Made by a program: the position numbers and the translations under genes. A stretch of 64,000 bases of DNA. Source: an uncultured Rickettsiales bacterium. Its GTDB lineage: Bacteria; Pseudomonadota; Alphaproteobacteria; Rickettsiales; SXRF01. The DNA is taken from positions 26,687 to 90,686 of the forward strand of contig CAYXYU010000002.1 in NCBI GenBank assembly GCA_964469525.1, in the 5' to 3' direction. The notes beneath the pieces were generated by a model. It worked only from the letters and a program-made list of their open reading frames with translations, was not told the DNA's origin and did not search any database. Positions 17,961 to 26,404 of this stretch are shown piece by piece (the stretch's first letter is position 1; every line of letters starts with the position of its first letter).

Positions 17961-20267
17961 ATGGCTTGGAATTCGGACTATTTTGACTTGTCAAACTGGA
18001 AAATCACTCTTCCCGTAGACGGTAACGGTAATAATAACAGAACGGCGACGGAGGTAAAGTCGCTCAAAGGCTATGAAAGCGAATTTTTCTACGACGCGTC
18101 GGACGGTGCCATGGTGTTCAAGGCGCATTGCGACGGCGCCACCACCAGCGGCAGCAAATACGCGCGCTGCGAACTGCGCGAGATGAACGGCTCCGACCGG
18201 GCGGCTTGGAAACTGAGCGAGGGCGGCACGATGAGCGCCACCCTGAAGATCGATCACATGCCAAGCAACAGCAGCGGTGATCAGGGCCGTATCGTAGTTG
18301 GTCAGATTCATGGCAAGAGCGATGAGCTAGTGCGCCTGTATTATGATAACGGGAGGTTATATTTCCGGAACGACCAAGCCGGTTCAAAAAACTCGGAGTT
18401 GAGCTTCTACTTCAAGAATGCCAAGGGTGAGGAGCCGCAGGTGGCGCTCGGAGAGAAATTCTCCTACCTGATCTCGGCCAAAGGCGACACGCTGATCGTC
18501 AGCATCCATGCCGATGGGCAGGTTTATACCTCCGAAACCAAGATCAACAGCGTCTGGTCGTCCGATGAATTTTATTTCAAGGCAGGCCTGTATCTGGGCA
18601 ACAATGAATCCAACGGCTCGGGCTATGGCCAGGTGTCCTTCTACGGTCTGGATTTCGGCCATAAAGCGGGAGAAGGGGACGATGCCTGGAACGCGGCCGT
18701 GTCCGGAACCCCGCCGACGCAGAACCCGACTCCTCCGGCCGAGGAGCCGACCCCGCCGACCGAGACGCCTCAGGAGCCGACTTTCTCCGAGACGATCCGC
18801 GGCAATAACAGCGCCAACACGCTGACCGGTACCGCCGCCGACGAGGAACTGAAAGGTTACGACGGCGACGACATCCTGCGGGGCCGGGGCGGCGATGACC
18901 TCCTCTGGGGCAACAACCATAACGATACGCTGATTGGCGGCCTCGGCAGGGATACGCTGAAAGGCGGCCCCGGCGACGATATCTATGTCTTCGAGAGCGT
19001 CAACGATGCAGGTGATACCATCTTGGACTACGTGCAGTCGCAGGATAAGATCGACCTTTCGGACATTCCGCTTGGCTATACCGATTTCGACGCTGCGGTT
19101 AAGGCAGGAGCGATCCGGATGACGCAGGTGGGAAGCAGCGTCGAGCTGCGCGTGACCGTATCGGGCAAGGAGTATCTGCTTGCTACACTGGTCGACACGC
19201 AGACCGGCGAGCTTGCTTCGGGTAACTTCATCATGCCCAAGGTGGTGGTGACACCTCCGCCGGCCCCCATCCCGCCGGCCGAGGAGCCGACCCCGCCGAC
19301 CGAGACGCCTCAGGAGCCGACTTTCTCCGAGACGATCCGCGGCAATAACAGCGCCAACACGCTGACCGGTACCGCCGCCGACGAGGAACTGAAAGGTTAC
19401 GACGGCGACGACATCCTGCGGGGCCGGGGCGGCGATGACCTCCTCTGGGGCAACAACCATAACGATACGCTGATTGGCGGCCTCGGCAGGGATACGCTGA
19501 AAGGCGGCCCCGGCGACGATATCTATGTCTTCGAGAGCGTCAACGATGCAGGTGATACCATCTTGGACTACGTGCAGTCGCAGGATAAGATCGACCTTTC
19601 GGGCATTCCGCTTGGCTATACCGATTTCAGTGCGGCAGTCAAAGCGGGTGCTATTCGCTTGACGCAGGTCGGGGAAGATGTGGAGCTGCGGGTGAGCGTG
19701 GCGGGCCAGCAATATTTACTGGCTACCCTGGTCGACACGCAGACCGGCGAGCTTGCTTCGGGTAACTTCATCATGCCGAAGAGCACGACTCAACCAGTGC
19801 CGCCTCCCGCCACGGAACCACCGCCAACCAATACGCCGCTGACGCTGAACGGTACCAGCTCCGGCGATAAGCTGAACGGTGGTGCCGGGAATGACATCAT
19901 CAACGGCAACGCCGGAAATGATGTCATCTATGGCGGCAGCGGGAAGGATACGCTGACGGGCGGTTCTGGAAAGGACAGCTTTGTCTATAAGAACGTGACC
20001 GACGCCGGTGACGCGATCATGGATTTCTGCATCGATGATAAGCTGGATATCACGGTGCTGGTCTCCACCTTCAAGGGGAACAGCTCGACCGATATCGATT
20101 ACCTGATCGATCATGGGTATCTCGACTTCAGACAGGTCAACGACACGACCCATCACGTGTATGTCGATATCGACGGCTCGGGAGGGGCGCTGGATGCGAT
20201 GCAGCTGGCTACCCTGACTACCCCCAGCTGGTTCGACTCCGATCCCGGCATGTTCATCTGCAACTAA
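17961..20267 (+). CDS. Secreted PL7 alginate lyase fused to three RTX Ca-binding modules
   Basis: PL7 blocks are RCELREM, VGQIHG and YFKAGLYLGN. A Pro/Thr linker follows, then GGxGxD repeats. There is no signal peptide. ATG 17961 with GAGGA 10 nt upstream is preferred over TTG 17838. Confidence 0.8.
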   Translation: MAWNSDYFDLSNWKITLPVDGNGNNNRTATEVKSLKGYESEFFYDASDGAMVFKAHCDGATTSGSKYARCELREMNGSDRAAWKLSEGGTMSATLKIDHMPSNSSGDQGRIVVGQIHGKSDELVRLYYDNGRLYFRNDQAGSKNSELSFYFKNAKGEEPQVALGEKFSYLISAKGDTLIVSIHADGQVYTSETKINSVWSSDEFYFKAGLYLGNNESNGSGYGQVSFYGLDFGHKAGEGDDAWNAAVSGTPPTQNPTPPAEEPTPPTETPQEPTFSETIRGNNSANTLTGTAADEELKGYDGDDILRGRGGDDLLWGNNHNDTLIGGLGRDTLKGGPGDDIYVFESVNDAGDTILDYVQSQDKIDLSDIPLGYTDFDAAVKAGAIRMTQVGSSVELRVTVSGKEYLLATLVDTQTGELASGNFIMPKVVVTPPPAPIPPAEEPTPPTETPQEPTFSETIRGNNSANTLTGTAADEELKGYDGDDILRGRGGDDLLWGNNHNDTLIGGLGRDTLKGGPGDDIYVFESVNDAGDTILDYVQSQDKIDLSGIPLGYTDFSAAVKAGAIRLTQVGEDVELRVSVAGQQYLLATLVDTQTGELASGNFIMPKSTTQPVPPPATEPPPTNTPLTLNGTSSGDKLNGGAGNDIINGNAGNDVIYGGSGKDTLTGGSGKDSFVYKNVTDAGDAIMDFCIDDKLDITVLVSTFKGNSSTDIDYLIDHGYLDFRQVNDTTHHVYVDIDGSGGALDAMQLATLTTPSWFDSDPGMFICN
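18735..19776 (+). repeat. 540-bp in-frame tandem duplication (two RTX modules) with mosaic identity
   Basis: Exact 540-nt register. 18735-19088 matches 19275-19628 with a single mismatch (19063/19603). About 100 nt are then strongly diverged. 19188-19236 equals 19728-19776. Confidence 0.9.
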
Positions 20268-20284
20268 AGGAGCATTATCCGCCT

Positions 20285-20317
20285 GCAGGCCCGGTCTTTC
20301 CGGGCCTGCTTTTTTTT
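20285..20317 (+). terminator. Rho-independent terminator after the PL7 lyase gene
   Basis: gcaggcccgg-tcttt-ccgggcctgc (10-bp GC stem) is followed by T8. It lies between convergent genes. Confidence 0.7.
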
Positions 20318-20324
20318 GCGCGTG

Positions 20325-21770
20325 TCAGTGGCCTTGCGAGAGCTGGTCGAGGTCAACGCGCAGGTCGCTGGCTTCCAGCTGCAGGCGCACCATGGATTTC
20401 ATTTCCTCCAGTGTCTCCAGGTGCTGGCTTTCACAACGCACGATGATGGCATCCTGCGTATTGGAGGCGCGGGCCAGCCACCAGCCGTCCCGGCAGGTGA
20501 CGCGCACCCCATCCACCTCATTGATTTTTATTGGCGAGCCTGCCTCGCGCAGATCATGCAAACGCTGGCGTATTTCCTCGATCACGCTAAATTTCCTGCC
20601 TTCCGGGCAGTCGACGCGGATCTCGGGCGTATTAATGATGGAAGGCAGAGACGCCCGCAGCTCGGCCAGCGATTGGTCGCTGTGCGCCAGGATGTCGATC
20701 ATACGGATCGCGGCATACAGCCCGTCATCGAAACCGTAGTAACCGTCGGAGAAGAATATGTGCCCGCTCATCTCCCCGGCGATGGCGGCGCCGGTTTCCT
20801 TGATCTTCGCCTTGATCAACGAATGGCCGGTTTTCCACATCAGCGGCTGACCGCCATGCGCCGCGACGTCGTCGAATAACGTCTGGCTCGCCTTGACGTC
20901 GGCGATGACGATGGCGCCCGGCTTGCGCGACAGGATTTCGCGCGCGAAAATGGCCAGCATCTGGTCACCCCAGAGGATATTGCCTTGGTTGTCTATGCAG
21001 CCAATGCGGTCGCCGTCGCCGTCGAACGCCACCCCCAGATCTGCATTCTCTTTCTTCACCCTGACGATGAGCTGCTGCAGGTTGGCGGGGATTGTCGGGT
21101 CCGGGTGGTGATTGGGAAATCTACCGTCAATCTCGGCGTTGATGGCAATCTGGTGGCCAGGCAGGTGCTCGCACAGCATCTGCGTAATCTCTCCGGCGGC
21201 GCCGTTGCCCGGGTCCCAGACCACCGTCAGCGGTTTGGCCTGCACCGGGTGAAAGGCGCGCAGCAGCTCGTCCACGTATGCCTGCCGGATATCAAATGTT
21301 TTAACCGTTCCCTGCCCGACCGCATAATCGTGATTGGCAATGCGCTGATACAGTTTCTGGATATCGTCGCCGTAGAAAGGACGGTCTTTCAGCAGCATCT
21401 TGAAGCCGTTATGGGTGGGAGGATTGTGTGAACCGGTGACCATGATGCCCGCCTCCGCCCCCAAGTGATGCAAGCCAAAATAGCACATGGGACTCGGACC
21501 GATACCGAGGTCCGTGATGTCGGCACCGACGCTCGTCATCCCCTGGATGAGTGACTCGCTTAATACGGGCGAGCTTTTGCGGCCGTCGCGCGCGGTGACG
21601 ATAGTTGGCCGTTCCTTTCCTGTTTCGGCCACAACACTGGCGACAAAAGCGCGTCCCACGTTCAGCGCGATTTCAGGAGTCAGCGAGTCCCAGCAGATAC
21701 CGCGTATGTCATAGGCGCGAAAAATATCCGGATGTAACGGCGCCAAAGGAATCGCCAGCTGAGGTCTCAT
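20325..21770 (-). CDS. algC: Phosphomannomutase/phosphoglucomutase
   Basis: 481 aa with the active-site loop TGSHNPPTHNGFK and metal loop FDGDGDR. The architecture is typical of the alpha-D-phosphohexomutase family. Confidence 0.9.
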   Translation of the reverse strand: MRPQLAIPLAPLHPDIFRAYDIRGICWDSLTPEIALNVGRAFVASVVAETGKERPTIVTARDGRKSSPVLSESLIQGMTSVGADITDLGIGPSPMCYFGLHHLGAEAGIMVTGSHNPPTHNGFKMLLKDRPFYGDDIQKLYQRIANHDYAVGQGTVKTFDIRQAYVDELLRAFHPVQAKPLTVVWDPGNGAAGEITQMLCEHLPGHQIAINAEIDGRFPNHHPDPTIPANLQQLIVRVKKENADLGVAFDGDGDRIGCIDNQGNILWGDQMLAIFAREILSRKPGAIVIADVKASQTLFDDVAAHGGQPLMWKTGHSLIKAKIKETGAAIAGEMSGHIFFSDGYYGFDDGLYAAIRMIDILAHSDQSLAELRASLPSIINTPEIRVDCPEGRKFSVIEEIRQRLHDLREAGSPIKINEVDGVRVTCRDGWWLARASNTQDAIIVRCESQHLETLEEMKSMVRLQLEASDLRVDLDQLSQGH

Positions 21771-22066
21771 ACTATGTCCTTTTCGTCATGGGGATGTGAG
21801 TCGGAGTGATGCCAGAATGCATCACCAGGATGATGTGAGGAGAAAATACCATCTGGTCTAAAGAATCCATTAGGTGGCCCGTGAACGAACATAAAAAAAC
21901 CGCGAGGGTGGCAGAGGAGAAATATAAATAACTGATTAGCATAAATATTTTTTATCCAATGCTTATAAATATCAGCCTTCACCAATCTAGAATCCCTATA
22001 CCCTGGTGGGTAGGTTGGGCGCCTAACCCTTCATTTGGGTGTAACCCTCTAGCGTTAGGATTACTT

Positions 22067-23554
22067 ATGTCTTCACTCCAGAACATCGTGCCGGTGATTC
22101 TATGCGGCGGGACCGGCACCCGCCTGTGGCCCTTGTCGCGTAAAGCCTGTCCCAAGCAGTTCCTTGATCTGGGGAAAACCGGTAAAAGCATGCTGCAGGA
22201 GACGATTGCACGTATCTGCGCGCTCGAGTCCCTGCCGCCGGTCGTCGTCACCAACCACGAGCACCGTTTCATGGTGGCCGATCATCTGGACGCGATCCGC
22301 TGTGAGGCGGATCTTCTGCTCGAACCCGAAGGACGGAATACGGCTCCGGCTATCGCCGCGGCGGCACTGTTTATCAAACGCAAATATAAAAATGCCCATA
22401 TGCTGGTGCTGCCGTCCGACCACGTCGTCAAAGATCCGGAAAAACTGCTGGAAGCGATTGAGCAGGGCTATCAGGCGTCGGAAAAAGGCTTTCTGGTTAC
22501 GTTCGGCGTTACACCGGAATATCCGGAAACCGGGTATGGCTACATTCATTACGGCGAGGAGCTGGATGGGGTTGAAGGGGCGAAAGCCGTTCAACATTTT
22601 GTCGAGAAGCCGGACTACGACACGGCTAAGCAATATATCGCATCGGGCCGGTATTTATGGAACGGTGGGATGTTCATGTTCTCGGTCGAAACCCTACTCA
22701 AGGAATTTTCGGAGCTCGAGCCGTTCATGCTGCGCTTCGTCTCGGATGCGCTGCTCAATGCCTCCAGCGATGGCCGCTTCATCGTGCTGTCCGAGAAATA
22801 TTTTAGCAAGGCTCGCAACGTATCGATCGATTATGCGCTGATGGAGCGCAGCCGCAACACCGCCGTCGTGCCGATCCAGTGTGGCTGGAGCGATGCCGGT
22901 GCCTGGGACGCGCTGTGGCGCATCAGCGACAAGGATACCAACGGCAACGTGGTGCACGGTCACACTTTCCTCTCCGACACCAGGAACAGCCATATCCATT
23001 CCGATGGCCATGCCGCGGTTGCCGCGCTCGGGCTGGAGGACACGATCGTGGTTGCCACCAGCGATGTCGTGCTGGTCGCCGACAAGTCACACGCGCAGGA
23101 CATCAAGAAGCTGATACAGCAGGCGGAAGCCAATGGCGAAGGCAAGCTGACGCAGTTCCACGCGCGGGTATACCGGCCGTGGGGGCATTACGAGACAATC
23201 GAGCTGGGGCGCACCCATCAGGTGAAGCATATCGAGGTCAAGCCGGGCGCGCGCTTGTCGGTGCAGAGCCATAATCACCGGGCCGAGCACTGGGTGATCG
23301 TCAGTGGCTTGGCCAAGGTGCGCGTCGGCGACGAGGAGCGCATCATGACCGATAACGAATATGTGCATATTCCGCTCGGCGATATCCACTGCATCGAGAA
23401 TATCGGCCATGAGCCGCTGAAATTCATCGAAGTGCAGCACGGCGATTATCTGGGCGAGGACGATATCGTCCGCTACGACGACATCTATGGCCGCGTCGCG
23501 GTGCCGCCGGCGAATGTCGGGATGCGGATGGTACGACCGCAGCAGACGGCTTGA
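22067..23554 (+). CDS. algA: Bifunctional mannose-1-phosphate guanylyltransferase / mannose-6-phosphate isomerase
   Basis: The N-terminus is PVILCGGTGTRLWPLSR (nucleotidyltransferase). The C-terminal cupin is GARLSVQSHNHRAEHWVIVSG. ATG 22067 is preferred over the upstream ORF start. Confidence 0.9.
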   Translation: MSSLQNIVPVILCGGTGTRLWPLSRKACPKQFLDLGKTGKSMLQETIARICALESLPPVVVTNHEHRFMVADHLDAIRCEADLLLEPEGRNTAPAIAAAALFIKRKYKNAHMLVLPSDHVVKDPEKLLEAIEQGYQASEKGFLVTFGVTPEYPETGYGYIHYGEELDGVEGAKAVQHFVEKPDYDTAKQYIASGRYLWNGGMFMFSVETLLKEFSELEPFMLRFVSDALLNASSDGRFIVLSEKYFSKARNVSIDYALMERSRNTAVVPIQCGWSDAGAWDALWRISDKDTNGNVVHGHTFLSDTRNSHIHSDGHAAVAALGLEDTIVVATSDVVLVADKSHAQDIKKLIQQAEANGEGKLTQFHARVYRPWGHYETIELGRTHQVKHIEVKPGARLSVQSHNHRAEHWVIVSGLAKVRVGDEERIMTDNEYVHIPLGDIHCIENIGHEPLKFIEVQHGDYLGEDDIVRYDDIYGRVAVPPANVGMRMVRPQQTA

Positions 23555-23628
23555 GCACTAATAGATACCGGCAAGCGGCTATCGGCTGCCGCTTGTTGTG
23601 TACCTTAACGACGTAGCCAGGGGGGCGC

Positions 23629-24900
23629 ATGGCCTATCTTTCTTCCGCATACCAGACGACATCAACTATTGGCCTGCCTCTGACGGTCGAAGGGCAGCAG
23701 GGCGCATTTGCCGAATTCGACTTCCAGCAGGCGGTCGAGGCGCTGCTGCAGCTGCATCGGGAACATTCGCCCTTGCTGCAGCTGCCGGAACGGATGGAGG
23801 ATCTGGAGGAAATGGACGCGCATGCGCTGCGGATCCGTCGTCAGTCCGACCGGCTGGTGCTGGTGGGGATCGGCGGGTCCAGCCTCGGCGCCAGGGCGCT
23901 GGCCTCCGTTGCCGACAAGGCCGACCCCCTGCGGTTTCACATTCTGGACAATCCCGATCCGACGAGCATTGACGCGCTGCTTGCGGATTGCGACCCGATG
24001 GGCACGTCGTGGCTGTTCGTGTCCAAATCGGGCGGCACTATCGAATCCCTGTCGCAGATCATCGTTATTCTGCAGCGACTGGAGCAGCATATCGGCCTGA
24101 ACGAAGTTGCGCAGCGTTGCGTGGCCATCACGGAACTGAAGGATTCGCCCCTGATCAGGCTGGCGGCGCATTACCGCATGCCGGTGCTGCAGCATGAGGA
24201 ACTGGGCGGCCGGTGGGCCTGTTTTTCCAATATCGGACTGCTGGCGGCCGCCTGCTGCGGCGTCGATATCCGCCAATGCCGTGCCGGAGCCAATGCTGTA
24301 GCCCAGCATGCGCTAGCGGCCGACATTGCCGATAACCAGATCCTGCAGGGGGCCCTGTTCGGCGCGTCGCAATATCGCGCCGGCCGTCATATCCACGTTA
24401 TGATGCCGTATGGCGACCGGCTCGATTTTGTTCCCTGGTATGCGCAGCTGGTCAGCGAATCGCTGGGCAAGGAGGGCAAGGGTATTACGCCGCTGACCGC
24501 GCGCGGTGCAGTGGACCAGCACAGCATGCTGCAGCTGATGCTGGACGGGCCGGACGATAAATTTTTCACCGTGGTCGCTGCACCGCATGCGGGGAAGGGG
24601 GCGCGTATCCACGGCGATCTTGCCCGGCTATGCGGGCTCGAGTATCTGGCGGACCAGCCGATCGGCAACGTGCTGGAGGCATTCCAGGAAGCCACCATCG
24701 GTTCCTTCAAGGCAGCCGGGCGTCCGGTGCGGGTGATACGCCTGCCGGAGATCGACGCCTACCATCTTGGCGCGCTGCTGATGTATTGCATGCTGGAGAC
24801 GCTCTACATGGCCGAGCTTCTGGAGGTGGATCCGTTTACCCAGCCGGCGGTGGAGGACAGCAAGGTGCGCGCGCAGTTCATTTTGCGGAATCCCCGGTAG
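23629..24900 (+). CDS. pgi: Glucose-6-phosphate isomerase (short form)
   Basis: It has the GIGGSSLG and FVSKSGGTIES motifs of the PGI/SIS family. Length is 423 aa. Confidence 0.8.
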   Translation: MAYLSSAYQTTSTIGLPLTVEGQQGAFAEFDFQQAVEALLQLHREHSPLLQLPERMEDLEEMDAHALRIRRQSDRLVLVGIGGSSLGARALASVADKADPLRFHILDNPDPTSIDALLADCDPMGTSWLFVSKSGGTIESLSQIIVILQRLEQHIGLNEVAQRCVAITELKDSPLIRLAAHYRMPVLQHEELGGRWACFSNIGLLAAACCGVDIRQCRAGANAVAQHALAADIADNQILQGALFGASQYRAGRHIHVMMPYGDRLDFVPWYAQLVSESLGKEGKGITPLTARGAVDQHSMLQLMLDGPDDKFFTVVAAPHAGKGARIHGDLARLCGLEYLADQPIGNVLEAFQEATIGSFKAAGRPVRVIRLPEIDAYHLGALLMYCMLETLYMAELLEVDPFTQPAVEDSKVRAQFILRNPR

Positions 24901-24946
24901 CAGAGCAGAGAAGAATCACCCACCGCCGGCAGGCGGGGAGGAATAT

Positions 24947-26404
24947 TCACTCCTCCCGGAAGGCGCGGTTGAAGCTGCGCGTCAACGGGTCGAACAGGTA
25001 GGAGATGAAGCTGCGCCTGCCGGTGATGATCAGCACCTCGACCGGCATGCCGGGATACAGCCGGATGCTGTCCGCCAGCTGCTGTAATTCGTCCTGGTCA
25101 ACGGTGACCCTCGCTACGTAATAATTGTGCCCGGTCTGCTCGTCGGTGAAGCGGTCAGGGGAGACATATTCCACTTCTCCTTCCAGCGGCGGAACGAAGC
25201 GGGCGCGAAAAGCGGACAACCGCACGTCGGCGGGCAGGCCCTTATGCACCACGTCGATATCCAGCGGCTGTACCTGCGCGTCGATCACCAGCCGATCCTC
25301 CTGCGGCACGATATCCATGATCGGCTCGCCGGGTGGGACGACGCCGCCGAGGGTGAAGAACTTCATGCCGGTCACAACGCCGGACTGCGGAGCCGTAATC
25401 AACACGCGCTCGAGCGTGTCCGTTGCGGCCTTGATCTTCTCCTCGGTCTCGGCGACCCGGTTCTGCGCTTCGCGCAGCTCATCAACCACGGTTTCCATGA
25501 ATTCATTGCGGATGGTGTGGATCTGCAGCTCATTCTCGATGATGCTCTGCCGGGCACGGGCGATGGCAGCGCGATACTCTCCCTGGCGGCCGAGCAGTTC
25601 GGTGTGCTGACGCTGCAGCGCCAGCAGACGCGGCTTCGGCGCGTAGCGTTTCTCCACCAGCTTTTCCACGGCGGTCATTTCCTCGGCAATCAAGCCGATC
25701 TGCTCAGTGGCGGCGGTGAGCTGCGCCTCCAATCCCTGAATCTCCTCTTCAAGCTGGGCGATGCGCTGCCGGATGATGTCGGTCTGCCCGGTGTTCTTCA
25801 GCTGGCGGGATTCGAACAGCTGAAGCTGCGTCTCCAGTATCTCCCCTAACTTGGGATAGGTTTTGGCCGCCCGCCGTATCTCTTCACTGAACGCGAGCTT
25901 TTCCTTGCCCGTCTGCTCGGTGAGTAGCCGTTCTTCAATCGCCTTGGCGGTGTAGAGCTGGTTCTGCAGTATCTCCTGCGACACCTCGGCGGTAGTCTTG
26001 CTCAGGCGCAGCAGGGGCTCGCCCGCCTTCACATAGTCGCCGTTGCGAACGAATATCTCCTCGATGATGCCGCCTTCCAGATGCTGGATGGTCTTCTTAT
26101 TGCTCGCCGGCACAATGACGCCGTGCGCGACAGCGGCGCTATGCAGCGGGGCCAGGAAAGACCAGATGAGGAATACCGCGAACATCGCCGATGCAGCCAG
26201 CGTGCCGACGCGGGCGATGGGGCGCACATAGCTGTAGGCGTCCCTTCCTTGCTTTCCGTGTCCGGCATGGAACTTGATAAGGCGGGTCGTCCACGCATCC
26301 AGCGTGGGTACCAGGCGGTCGGCGAACTGTCGGAAACGGGTTCGCATCTGCGCCACGAACAGCTGCAGGCGGATCAGGAGCGGGGATAGATCGAATTTCT
26401 TCAT
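24947..26404 (-). CDS. Type I secretion membrane fusion protein (HlyD family)
   Basis: It has an N-terminal TM, a long coiled coil (QLQLFESRQL...IQGLEAQL) and a C-terminal beta-barrel segment ending ISYLFDPL. It overlaps the ABC gene by 4 nt. Confidence 0.85.
   Translation of the reverse strand: MKKFDLSPLLIRLQLFVAQMRTRFRQFADRLVPTLDAWTTRLIKFHAGHGKQGRDAYSYVRPIARVGTLAASAMFAVFLIWSFLAPLHSAAVAHGVIVPASNKKTIQHLEGGIIEEIFVRNGDYVKAGEPLLRLSKTTAEVSQEILQNQLYTAKAIEERLLTEQTGKEKLAFSEEIRRAAKTYPKLGEILETQLQLFESRQLKNTGQTDIIRQRIAQLEEEIQGLEAQLTAATEQIGLIAEEMTAVEKLVEKRYAPKPRLLALQRQHTELLGRQGEYRAAIARARQSIIENELQIHTIRNEFMETVVDELREAQNRVAETEEKIKAATDTLERVLITAPQSGVVTGMKFFTLGGVVPPGEPIMDIVPQEDRLVIDAQVQPLDIDVVHKGLPADVRLSAFRARFVPPLEGEVEYVSPDRFTDEQTGHNYYVARVTVDQDELQQLADSIRLYPGMPVEVLIITGRRSFISYLFDPLTRSFNRAFREE

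Noticed and set aside
18384-19712. 442-aa minus-strand ORF antisense to the PL7-RTX lyase.
   Set aside because: It is an antisense reading of GGxGxD repeat DNA with no recognisable motif. The plus strand carries clear PL7 and RTX signatures.
21767-21985. 72-aa minus-strand ORF in the algC/algA divergent region.
   Set aside because: It overlaps the algC-like start codon region, lacks an RBS and lies in an AT-rich promoter-like spacer. It is probably non-coding.
23570-23600. Weak hairpin (caagcggc-N8-gccgcttg followed by ttgtgt) between the algA-like gene and pgi as a terminator.
   Set aside because: The stem is short, the loop is large and the T-tract is poor. It cannot be distinguished from chance, and pgi may be co-transcribed.
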